64,000 bases of DNA from Bacteroidales bacterium. Its GTDB lineage: Bacteria; Bacteroidota; Bacteroidia; Bacteroidales; UBA3663. A program made the position numbers and the translations under genes. Below are positions 15,901 through 24,358 of this stretch, one piece after another (position 1 is the first letter of the stretch; each line of letters opens with the position of its first letter). The notes under the pieces are model-generated. The model did not search any database and was not told where the DNA came from. It was given only the letters and a program-made list of their open reading frames with translations. The DNA lies in contig JAFZBE010000067.1 in the NCBI GenBank assembly GCA_017561935.1, positions 2,752-66,751 on the forward strand, written 5' to 3'.

Positions 15901-17484
15901 CTAAAAGCACTGGGCGACGAGGGCATCAGCGCAGCGCCTGCCATCCATGGCCGACGAAACGATGCCGCCGGCATAGCCTGCACCCTCGCCGCAAGGATAG
16001 AGACACTGGACGATGGTGTGACATAGCGACACGCTGTCGCGAGGGATGCGTACAGGGGAAGAGGTGCGTGTTTCGGTGCCGACAAGCAACGCCTCGTCGG
16101 TGAGGAACCCATGGGCACGTCGTCCGAAGAAACGGAGCCCCTCCTGCAATCGTGCACCAATGAACTTGGGCAACCAGAAATGCAGAGGACTGGCCACGAT
16201 ACCTGGGGTATAGGACGAGGCAGGAAGATTGGCCGACAATCGGCCATTAACGAAGTCGGTCATACGCTGGGCGGGGGCCACCTGCGTACGTCCACCATTG
16301 AGCCAACATTGATGTTCGATAGCCTCCTGGATGGCCATCATGGTCAAGGGACTTGCAGGGTCGATATCGAGATGAAGTTGGCTGGCCAAGAGTGGGATAT
16401 CATCGACACGAATTTCAGTTACCATGGCAGCGTTGGCCCAACGACCTCCGCGAGAACTGGTGCTCATGCCATTGACTACAACCTGGTCGGACATCGTGGC
16501 CGAGGGTACGATGACGCCACCCGGACACATGCAGAAACTATAGACGCCACGATTATCGACCTGCGTGACGAAACTGTATTCGGCAGGAGGCAGGTACTCG
16601 CCACGACCTTCACGGGAATGATATTGGATACGGTCGATGAGAGGCTGCGGGTGCTCTAAACGGCAACCGATGGCCAACCCCTTGGCTTCGATAAGGATGC
16701 CTTCGTCGTGAAGCATACGGTAAATGTCGCGTGCCGAATGGCCTGTAGCCAGAATGACGGGACCCAAAAACTCACGACCATCGAGGGTGCATACGCCGAC
16801 TACCTTATTGGCGGAAAGAATCAGGCGGGAAACAACTGTCTCAAAATGAATCTGACCACCACAAGAAATGATTTTCTCACGAATGCTGGCTATGATGGCA
16901 GGTAACTTCTCGGTGCCAATGTGGGGATGGGACGCATCGAGGATGCCCGTGTCGGCGCCGAACTGACACAAACCTTCGAGCACGCCCTGCACATTGCCGC
17001 GTTTCTTTGAGCGTGTGAAGAGCTTGCCATCGGAAAAGGCCCCTGCCCCACCCTCGCCGAAACAATAGTTGGAGTTGGGATCGACGCGCTGTTCGCGGGT
17101 GATAAGAGCTACATCGCGACGACGGTCACGAACATTACGTCCGCGCTCGATGACGATGGGACGCACTCCCAACTCGATGAGCCGTAGTGCGGCAAAAAGA
17201 CCGCCAGGACCCGCACCGACAACAATGGCCTGAGGCGCATTGGCAGGTACTTCGCGATATTCCACAACCCGATATGTCTCCTGTGGCGGTTCCTCATTGA
17301 TATATAGGTCCACATCAAGCTGCACCATCACCTGACGCTGGCGTGCATCGATACTGGTGTGCTTCATGCGCAGTCCACACAGCGCTTTACGAGGGATGTC
17401 ATACTCGCGGCATAGTTGTGCCTCAAGCTTCTCTGCATCGCGCCATACCTGCGGCAGAACGCGTATCTTGACGTTCTTAATCAT
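15901..17484 (-). CDS. NAD(P)/FAD-dependent oxidoreductase (COG2509-like uncharacterised FAD-dependent dehydrogenase)
   Basis: 527 aa. Dinucleotide-binding motif VVGAGPGGLFAALRLIELGVRPIVIERG. C-terminal LYPCGEGAGYAGGIVSSAMDG. The start overlaps the radA stop by 1 nt. Confidence 0.8.
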   Translation of the reverse strand: MIKNVKIRVLPQVWRDAEKLEAQLCREYDIPRKALCGLRMKHTSIDARQRQVMVQLDVDLYINEEPPQETYRVVEYREVPANAPQAIVVGAGPGGLFAALRLIELGVRPIVIERGRNVRDRRRDVALITREQRVDPNSNYCFGEGGAGAFSDGKLFTRSKKRGNVQGVLEGLCQFGADTGILDASHPHIGTEKLPAIIASIREKIISCGGQIHFETVVSRLILSANKVVGVCTLDGREFLGPVILATGHSARDIYRMLHDEGILIEAKGLAIGCRLEHPQPLIDRIQYHSREGRGEYLPPAEYSFVTQVDNRGVYSFCMCPGGVIVPSATMSDQVVVNGMSTSSRGGRWANAAMVTEIRVDDIPLLASQLHLDIDPASPLTMMAIQEAIEHQCWLNGGRTQVAPAQRMTDFVNGRLSANLPASSYTPGIVASPLHFWLPKFIGARLQEGLRFFGRRAHGFLTDEALLVGTETRTSSPVRIPRDSVSLCHTIVQCLYPCGEGAGYAGGIVSSAMDGRRCADALVAQCF

Positions 17485-18896
17485 TATTTAAAAAGAAGAC
17501 GGAAGGCCTCATCGACACGGGAGACGGGCGACAGCTGGATGCGGAGGCTCTTTGTCTCGATGCTCTTGAGGGCGATATTGGGAATGAGGATACGTTCGAA
17601 GCCCAGCTTTTCGGCCTCGCGGATGCGTTGTTCGAGACGTGCCACGGGACGTATCTCGCCCGAGAGACCCACCTCACCTGTCATGCAGGTAAGCGCAGGG
17701 AGCGGCATATCAAGGTTGGACGAAAGAATAGCTGCCATCACAGCCAAATCCATGGCGGGGTCGGACACACGGAGACCGCCCGCGATGTTGAGAAAGACAT
17801 CCTTCTGCGCCAGCTTGAAGCCGACACGCTTCTCGAGGACGGCAAGCAACATGTTGAGACGTCGTTGGTCAAAACCCGTCGTGGAACGCATAGCCGTAGC
17901 ATAGACGCTGGTGCTGACAAGTGCCTGTGTCTCGATGAGGAAAGGACGCATACCTTCAATGGCTGCAGCAATAGCGACACCAGAGAGATCCTTGTGGTCG
18001 GTGTTGAGCAACAATTCGGAGGGGTTGGTGACCTGCCGCAACCCTGTGCCCAACATCTCGTAGATGCCCAACTCGGACGTCGAGCCGAAGCGGTTCTTGA
18101 TAGCACGCAGAATGCGGTACATGTAATGTTGGTCGCCCTCGAACTGCAGGACAGTATCGACGATATGCTCAAGAACTTTCGGCCCAGCCAATGACCCTTC
18201 CTTGGTGATATGACCAATGAGGATGACGGGCGTGCCCGACTCCTTGGCGAACTTGAGGATGCGAGCTGCACATTCACGCACCTGTCCAACACTGCCTGCA
18301 CTTGATTCAAGATCGTCGGTGGCAATCGTTTGGATGGAATCGATGACAAGGATATCTGGTTCCACGTTGGCCACATGGGTGAAGATCTCGTCAAGGTTGG
18401 TCTCGCAGGCGATGAAGACTTGGTCAATGTCGCCCGTGGCCAGGCGCGTGGCACGCAGCTTGAGCTGATAGGCCGACTCCTCGCCCGAACAATAGAGCAC
18501 CTTCTTGTCAGGGATGTTCATGACGGTCTGAAGGACGAGCGTCGATTTGCCGATGCCAGGATCGCCGCCCAACAGTACCATCGAACCAGGTACGAGACCA
18601 CCTCCTAACACACGGTTGAGTTCGTCATCATGCATGTCGATACGCTGTTCCTCGCGTGCCTCGATTTCGGAGAGCCGACGGGGACGTTCCTTCTGTCCAG
18701 GTAGTCCCAATGTGCCGCCATGACTCCATTGGACGCCACCGCCCTTGCGCGAAGCCTTGCCGATAGCACCCGTCTGCGCATCGACAATCTCCTCGACACA
18801 GGTACCCCACTCGCCGCACGACGGACACTTACCGAACCACTTGGGCTCGTCGTTGCCGCAGGCGCTGCAGAAATATGCTGTCTTTTTCTTTGCCAT
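17484..18896 (-). CDS. radA: DNA repair protein RadA/Sms
   Basis: N-terminal zinc ribbon YFCSACGNDEPKWFGKCPSCGEWGT. Walker A GGDPGIGKST. KNRFG motif. Lon-like C-terminal domain. Confidence 0.95.
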   Translation of the reverse strand: MAKKKTAYFCSACGNDEPKWFGKCPSCGEWGTCVEEIVDAQTGAIGKASRKGGGVQWSHGGTLGLPGQKERPRRLSEIEAREEQRIDMHDDELNRVLGGGLVPGSMVLLGGDPGIGKSTLVLQTVMNIPDKKVLYCSGEESAYQLKLRATRLATGDIDQVFIACETNLDEIFTHVANVEPDILVIDSIQTIATDDLESSAGSVGQVRECAARILKFAKESGTPVILIGHITKEGSLAGPKVLEHIVDTVLQFEGDQHYMYRILRAIKNRFGSTSELGIYEMLGTGLRQVTNPSELLLNTDHKDLSGVAIAAAIEGMRPFLIETQALVSTSVYATAMRSTTGFDQRRLNMLLAVLEKRVGFKLAQKDVFLNIAGGLRVSDPAMDLAVMAAILSSNLDMPLPALTCMTGEVGLSGEIRPVARLEQRIREAEKLGFERILIPNIALKSIETKSLRIQLSPVSRVDEAFRLLFK

Positions 18897-18909
18897 ATTC
18901 TAAAGTTCA

Positions 18910-19956
18910 TTAACCACGCAGGGCAGGTTCATTCTTATATAAATAACAAGCCACAGCACAAGCCAAAATGATAAACACAACTAACATCATGATGCCGGCC
19001 AAAGTCATATAGCCTAACACACGTCGCTTGGAATAGCCGGAAAACTGCTTGAACGTCACGAGAATCATTATGAGCGAAAAGAGCTTGAGGAGTTCGGAAT
19101 CCAGCAGTTTTGCGAGAATCGAGTAGATACTGTAGGTGTTGGAGGTGCAGATGATCGCCAACAAGAACTCGGAATATCTGAGATTGGGAACGGAGGGTGT
19201 GGAACGGAAGAAGATGAACAAAGGCAGCGAGAACAATGCAAGTATCAGCAGGGAGAAGATGGCGGGATTCTGCTCGTTGAAGGAATCGAAAGCCATCAGG
19301 ACCTTCAAGCCTATCTTGGCGAGCCTCGATTGCAGATGGACATCCTCGTATGTCATGTCTTCGTGCTTCTCGCCAGCTTCGGCCGCGTCCTCATTCTCCT
19401 CGGTATCGGCCTCGGTGGGTTGTGTATCGTCGAGGTTTACGGTCGATTCCGTGGCCTTGTTGGGCTCATACGATGTATCGACACTGCTGCCATTATTGTT
19501 CCTTTTGTCCTTATCGAAATCGAACGTGAAACCCTGTTCGACAATCAGCGAGAAGGTAGCCAGCAGGAAGAACATTTTGAAGGGCGAGAGATAGGCGGCC
19601 TGCATGCCGTTCAGATAGTCGCGTATCATATAACCCGGGCGCAACATCAGGTCGAAGATGCTGCGGAAAACACTGCGGTTGTTGACATCCCACACGTCAA
19701 GGAAGAGCGCGATAGCCTTACGGAATGAGAATCGCCCCACTTCGGACATCTGGCCGCAACGGGGACAGTAGTTGCCAGTGTATTCCGTGCCGCAACATGC
19801 GCACTTGCAGGTCTTCTCGGACAGGGGCGCCACCTGATGGGGCGCTTGTTGCCAGATGCGGAAGGCACGCCACCAGACGGCCAGACGCCGTTTGGTGGGA
19901 ATATAATTGACGATTTTCTGTGACTTATTCATTTCACACTTTGCCATAATAAACAA
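18910..19956 (-). CDS. DUF3667-like zinc-ribbon membrane protein
   Basis: CKCACCGTEYTGNYCPRCGQ zinc ribbon followed by several transmembrane helices. An acidic low-complexity insert is present (TEADTEENEDAAEAGEKHED). The start is ambiguous (19956, 19947 or 19932). Confidence 0.7.
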   Translation of the reverse strand: MFIMAKCEMNKSQKIVNYIPTKRRLAVWWRAFRIWQQAPHQVAPLSEKTCKCACCGTEYTGNYCPRCGQMSEVGRFSFRKAIALFLDVWDVNNRSVFRSIFDLMLRPGYMIRDYLNGMQAAYLSPFKMFFLLATFSLIVEQGFTFDFDKDKRNNNGSSVDTSYEPNKATESTVNLDDTQPTEADTEENEDAAEAGEKHEDMTYEDVHLQSRLAKIGLKVLMAFDSFNEQNPAIFSLLILALFSLPLFIFFRSTPSVPNLRYSEFLLAIICTSNTYSIYSILAKLLDSELLKLFSLIMILVTFKQFSGYSKRRVLGYMTLAGIMMLVVFIILACAVACYLYKNEPALRG

Positions 19957-20014
19957 AAGACCTTTGCAGCGCCTCGGCTGACAAGAATGTCGTCAGGATT
20001 GCCGTTTGGCGCTG

Positions 20015-20022
20015 CAAAGGTA
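20015..20022 (-). promoter_or_regulatory. -7 promoter box TACCTTTG for the DUF3667-like gene
   Basis: Plus-strand CAAAGGTA about 59 nt upstream of ATG 19956. Confidence 0.5.
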
Positions 20023-20073
20023 AGAATAAAAAAGGAATTTTCAAAACTTTTGGGATAAAAAACTCACGAAATA

Positions 20074-20625
20074 CTATTCCTTGATACTTACTCCACCGAA
20101 GAAGTTGCTTGCGACAATGTGGAGACACGGAGCACCCTTTTTAGACGTACGCACCGCCTCGTTACCGACACCGCCGACGAAGCTTCGACTTTTGACCTCA
20201 ACGTTGACGGTCTTGGGGACAAACAACTCGACACCACCCAAGAAAGTGCGGATGTCGATCTCCTCGTCCTCGGTGATGACAGCCTCGCGCAAATCCATGC
20301 GGATGCCGCCGCAGAAGGCATCGAGACGAGCGCCTTTGAAAGGCTCGCCGTGGAAGATGTATTCGTCACCTCCATAGCGTGCAGTGCAGCAAATGCGCTT
20401 GCCTTCCTCGTTGACCGGAATAGGACGTTGCAGCCACTGGTCATGGCTGTTCGAGTAGCTGCTGATGATGAGTTCCACACCGATGAACAGGAAGAACAAT
20501 GGGGCAAGATAGGATGTCCACGGCTGCCGCCAAATCCAATCCAGGTCGATGAGCCCACTCAGGTCGACAATCTTCAGAAGTGCCGCCACCACGAAAACAA
20601 TACCGATGATTTTCCTTCGTTTCAT
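20074..20625 (-). CDS. LiaF-like (cell-wall-active-antibiotic response, DUF2154-type) membrane protein
   Basis: Two N-terminal TM helices, then FCGGIRMDLREAVITEDEEIDIRTFLGGVELFVPKTVNVEVKSRSFVGGVGNE, which is typical of the LiaF C-terminal domain. Divergent from a LytTR gene. Confidence 0.65.
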   Translation of the reverse strand: MKRRKIIGIVFVVAALLKIVDLSGLIDLDWIWRQPWTSYLAPLFFLFIGVELIISSYSNSHDQWLQRPIPVNEEGKRICCTARYGGDEYIFHGEPFKGARLDAFCGGIRMDLREAVITEDEEIDIRTFLGGVELFVPKTVNVEVKSRSFVGGVGNEAVRTSKKGAPCLHIVASNFFGGVSIKE

Positions 20626-20680
20626 ATTGATGATGTATTTGTGATATTATTATGAAATACAATACTTGAAATTTCGAGTG

Positions 20681-20688
20681 CAAAGATA
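20681..20688 (-). promoter_or_regulatory. -7 promoter box TATCTTTG for the LiaF-like gene
   Basis: Plus-strand CAAAGATA 56 nt upstream of ATG 20625. Confidence 0.55.
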
Positions 20689-20736
20689 CAGCGACGGTTT
20701 CGCACCTGCAAATTTCAGGGATAAACTGCTCATTTT

Positions 20737-20784
20737 TGTGACGAATTGCAGGAAGAGGCGGGATAAATTGCAGAAATGTGACGA
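20737..20784 (+). promoter_or_regulatory. Direct repeats TGTGACGA and ATTGCAG in the divergent liaF-like/lytTR control region; candidate LytTR sites
   Basis: TGTGACGA-ATTGCAG at 20737-20751 and ATTGCAG-aaa-TGTGACGA at 20767-20784. A near-copy in inverted orientation, CTGCAAAT, lies at 20706-20713. Confidence 0.3.
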
Positions 20785-20812
20785 TTTGTTTGGTTTTATG
20801 CCAAAAAGAGTG

Positions 20813-20820
20813 TATCTTTG
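20813..20820 (+). promoter_or_regulatory. -7 promoter box TATCTTTG for the LytTR gene (implies a near-leaderless mRNA)
   Basis: The box ends 8 nt before ATG 20829. Confidence 0.45.
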
Positions 20821-20828
20821 CGGACTGT

Positions 20829-21743
20829 ATGGATAAAGGACAAATAGAAACATTCCGCATACGTGTCATCAGCGTCGGATTTACGGTGCTGGCCTTGTTC
20901 GTGTTCAAGCCCTTTGGGCTCGAAGCATGGCAATGGGAGGCCTATGCCCATCTGTTGGCCATCGGCGCACTGGGTTTCGGGACATGTTTAATTGTCGAAA
21001 TTATCTTGAAGTATCTCGTCAGAATGCCGCGATCGACGGGACGTGGCATCGATTACATCATACGCCGCAACCTCTGGTTCCAACTCATCAACACACCGCT
21101 CATTTCGCTGATCATTTGCCTCTATCGACATTATGTGTTAAGCGACCGCGAGCCAGGCAATCATCTCTCGTGGAGCAATTACTTCGAGACATTGATCATC
21201 ATCGCTTTCTGTTCCTTTGCCATCGGCCTATACTGGCGTTTCAAGTTCCGCAACAGGTATTTGAAGGCCGAGCTAGAGGAGACGCAGTTACTGAACATGC
21301 AGTTGCAAAGAATGCAGCAACCTCTAGCTTCGGTGGACGAAGGTAAACAGACCGCAGAATCGGGCGAAAACGTCACGACACCACCCGACACCACCCAACC
21401 ACCGACAACGATTGTTCTCACAGGAACGACAAGCGAGACAGTGACACTGCGAACATACGACCTCTTTTATATCGAAGCCGTGGGAAACTATGTGAAAATA
21501 TGCCAGCTATGTGACGGCAAAGTGCATACCGATATGTTGCGAGCCACATCGAAACAGATGGAAGACGATCTGAAAGACTATCCGATGATTGTGCGCTGTC
21601 ACCGCGCCTTCCTGGTGAATCTCGGACAAGTGGAGAAGATTGTCTCAAAGGCAGGTTCCATGCAACTCGTCATGAAGCACAACCACGAGGCAATACCCGT
21701 CTCGCGCAGCAACATGTCACAAGTCAAGAATGCCATTAGTTGA
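20829..21743 (+). CDS. Membrane-anchored LytTR-family DNA-binding protein
   Basis: Start moved to ATG 20829 because the promoter box lies inside the track ORF extension. Four hydrophobic helices are followed by a LytTR domain (LFYIEAVGNYVKICQLCDGKVHTDMLRATSKQMEDDL...IVRCHRAFLVNLGQVEKI). Confidence 0.8.
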   Translation: MDKGQIETFRIRVISVGFTVLALFVFKPFGLEAWQWEAYAHLLAIGALGFGTCLIVEIILKYLVRMPRSTGRGIDYIIRRNLWFQLINTPLISLIICLYRHYVLSDREPGNHLSWSNYFETLIIIAFCSFAIGLYWRFKFRNRYLKAELEETQLLNMQLQRMQQPLASVDEGKQTAESGENVTTPPDTTQPPTTIVLTGTTSETVTLRTYDLFYIEAVGNYVKICQLCDGKVHTDMLRATSKQMEDDLKDYPMIVRCHRAFLVNLGQVEKIVSKAGSMQLVMKHNHEAIPVSRSNMSQVKNAIS

Positions 21744-21751
21744 ACATCCAC

Positions 21752-21759
21752 TATCTTTG
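21752..21759 (+). promoter_or_regulatory. -7 promoter box TATCTTTG for the SDR gene
   Basis: 41 nt upstream of ATG 21800. Confidence 0.55.
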
Positions 21760-21799
21760 CATCCAATCTTTATTAACTTCAAACGACACAGAAAACAAT

Positions 21800-22549
21800 A
21801 TGGAACAGAAACGTGCCATCGTAATGGGAGCCACTTCGGGCATAGGACAGGCCGTCGCCAAACGACTGACGCAGGAAGGGTGGCAAGTGGGCATCGCAGG
21901 ACGCCGACTTGACCGTCTCTTCGAAATGCAACGCAAAAACCTCGATATCGTCGCCGTTCAACAGATTGACGTCACACGCGATGATGCACCCGAACAGTTG
22001 CAGACGCTTATCGGCAAGATGGGGGGCGAGATTGACCTCTACTTCCACAGCTCGGGCATCGGGTACCAGAACCCCGACCTCGACGCCGAAAAAGAGCTCG
22101 CCACCGTCGAGACCAATGCCCTGGGTATGACACGCATGGTGCTGACAGCTTTCAAATACTTCGAGAGTCGGCCCGACCACGAGGGACAGATTGCTGTAAT
22201 CAGCAGTATCGCAGGCACCAAGGGGCTGGGCGCAGCGCCCGCCTACTCTGCTACAAAGCGATACGTGAACCATTACCTGGAATGTCTCAACCAGCTAAAG
22301 CACATCAAGGGGCTCAAGAAACTGACCATTTCCGACATCCGTCCCGGTTTCGTCAGGACACCTTTGTTGAACGATGGAGGGAAATACCCATTGCAGCTCG
22401 ATGTCGAGAAAGTTGCCGAAGAGATTGTGCGGAAAGTTGAAAAGAAAAAACAGATCATCACCGTCGATTGGCGCTACCGTATCCTCGTCTTCTTCTGGCG
22501 CCTCATCCCCCGATGGATATGGGTAAGATTAAGGATTATTTCGAAATAA
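21800..22549 (+). CDS. Short-chain dehydrogenase/reductase (SDR) family oxidoreductase
   Basis: MEQKRAIVMGATSGIGQAVAKRL (TGxxxGxG) and YSATKRYV (YxxxK). Start set at 21800, downstream of the promoter box. Confidence 0.88.
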   Translation: MEQKRAIVMGATSGIGQAVAKRLTQEGWQVGIAGRRLDRLFEMQRKNLDIVAVQQIDVTRDDAPEQLQTLIGKMGGEIDLYFHSSGIGYQNPDLDAEKELATVETNALGMTRMVLTAFKYFESRPDHEGQIAVISSIAGTKGLGAAPAYSATKRYVNHYLECLNQLKHIKGLKKLTISDIRPGFVRTPLLNDGGKYPLQLDVEKVAEEIVRKVEKKKQIITVDWRYRILVFFWRLIPRWIWVRLRIISK

Positions 22550-22594
22550 CAGTATTTATGAACGAAATAGCTACAAATCTCAAACAAACACACT

Positions 22595-24346
22595 ATGAAT
22601 AACATAATTACTACCTTGGCAGCCACAGTTCTGGTTATTGCAGGCTGCACACTCACGACATTGGCACAGGCACCTTCGAAGACCTGGAATCCCAATGCAA
22701 AGAACGGAATGTATCGAAATCCGATCATCGATGCCGACTATTCCGACCCCGATGTTTGTCGAGTAGGCAACGACTACTACATGACTTCTTCGTCGTTTGC
22801 ATGTTTCCCTGGACTGCAGATCCTGCACAGCACAGACCTGGTGAACTGGGAGATCATCGGACATGCCTTAACCGACGATTATCCCGTACTGGAGGAGTTT
22901 GAGGGCACCGACCTGGATTGGCACAAGAAAATCCAGCATGGCAACTATGTCTGGGCTCCTGCCATTCGCTATCACGACGGATGGTTCTATATCTATTGCG
23001 GCGACCCCGACCAAGGCCTCTTTATGACAAAGACCCAGGATCCAGCGGGGACATGGGAGCCTATCGTTTGGGTAAAGAAGGGCAAGGGACTTATCGACTG
23101 CTGTCCACTATGGGACGAGGACGGCAAAGCATACCTTTCACATGGTTGTGCAGGTTCACGTGCTGGCGTGAAGTCCATCCTCTTTGTTGCACCGATGTCG
23201 CCCGACGGAACCAAGGTCATCGGTCCTTCACGTGTAGTTTATGACGGACACGAGGACCAACCCACCATCGAGGGAACCAAGTTCTACAAACGTAATGGTT
23301 ACTACTATATCTTCAGCCCAGCAGGTGGCGTTAAATATGGCTGGCAGGTGGAACTCCGTAGCCGTAATCCCTTCGGCCCCTACGAGGAGTATGTCGGACT
23401 GGCACAAGGCAAGTCGAAAGTCAACGGTCCACACCAGGGCGCATGGGTTGACACGCAGAATGGCGAAGACTGGTTTATACATTTCCAGGACAAACATGCC
23501 TATGGTCGTGTCGTACACCTGCAGCCTGCCAAGTGGGTCAACGACTGGCTCGTCATCGGCGAAGACAAGGACGGTGACGGTTGCGGTGATGCCGTAGCAC
23601 AGTGGAAGAAACCCAACCTCCCCTCTTCGGGGGAGTTCCAACCTGCCGAAGATGACGAATTCGATTCCACAGAACTTGGCCTGCAATGGCAGTTTGAAGG
23701 CCCATACAGTCATTACTGGTACTTCTGCGATGCTAACAAGAGCAAGCTGCGCCTATATGGCGTGCAGCGTCCCGATGACTTCAAGAACCTCTCCGACCTG
23801 CAGAACGTCCTGCTACAGAAGTTCCCCACCGAAAACTTTACGGCTACGGCCAAGATGCAGTTCATTCCCAATCCGGAATACAAGGACAAGGGCGAGGAGG
23901 GCGGATTCATCGTCAAAGGACAGGACTATGCCGCCCTCAAGATTGTCAGCATCAAGGAGGGTTGCGAACTGCGCTATGTCACTTGTAAGGATGCCATGCG
24001 GGGCAAAACCGAGGAGATTGAGAAGCGCGTGGATCTGAAGGTCAATAAGATGAAGGCACCCTATACGCAGAAGTATGCTGTCGATGACATTCCACAACCA
24101 CGATATGCCACGCAAGACGTCTATGTGCGTGTAACCGTGAAGAGCGAAGGCACTGGCAATGCTATCAAGTCGAAGGCTCAGTTCTACTATAGCCTCGACG
24201 GCAAGAAATATAAGAAGATCGGCGACGAATTTACAGTCAAGGAAGGCAAATGGATTGGAGCGAAACTCGGCTTCTACAACTCACGTCCAAATGTCAAGAA
24301 TGACGGCGCCTTCCTCGATGTCGATTGGATCCGATTCGAAAAGTAA
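22595..24346 (+). CDS. GH43 glycoside hydrolase (beta-xylosidase/alpha-L-arabinofuranosidase type) with C-terminal ConA-like domain
   Basis: Signal peptide. NPIIDADYSDPDVCRVGNDYYMTSSSFACFPGLQILHSTDLVNWEIIGHAL. VWAPAIRYHDGWFYIY. 583 aa. Confidence 0.9.
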   Translation: MNNIITTLAATVLVIAGCTLTTLAQAPSKTWNPNAKNGMYRNPIIDADYSDPDVCRVGNDYYMTSSSFACFPGLQILHSTDLVNWEIIGHALTDDYPVLEEFEGTDLDWHKKIQHGNYVWAPAIRYHDGWFYIYCGDPDQGLFMTKTQDPAGTWEPIVWVKKGKGLIDCCPLWDEDGKAYLSHGCAGSRAGVKSILFVAPMSPDGTKVIGPSRVVYDGHEDQPTIEGTKFYKRNGYYYIFSPAGGVKYGWQVELRSRNPFGPYEEYVGLAQGKSKVNGPHQGAWVDTQNGEDWFIHFQDKHAYGRVVHLQPAKWVNDWLVIGEDKDGDGCGDAVAQWKKPNLPSSGEFQPAEDDEFDSTELGLQWQFEGPYSHYWYFCDANKSKLRLYGVQRPDDFKNLSDLQNVLLQKFPTENFTATAKMQFIPNPEYKDKGEEGGFIVKGQDYAALKIVSIKEGCELRYVTCKDAMRGKTEEIEKRVDLKVNKMKAPYTQKYAVDDIPQPRYATQDVYVRVTVKSEGTGNAIKSKAQFYYSLDGKKYKKIGDEFTVKEGKWIGAKLGFYNSRPNVKNDGAFLDVDWIRFEK

Positions 24347-24358
24347 GAACAAAAAAGA

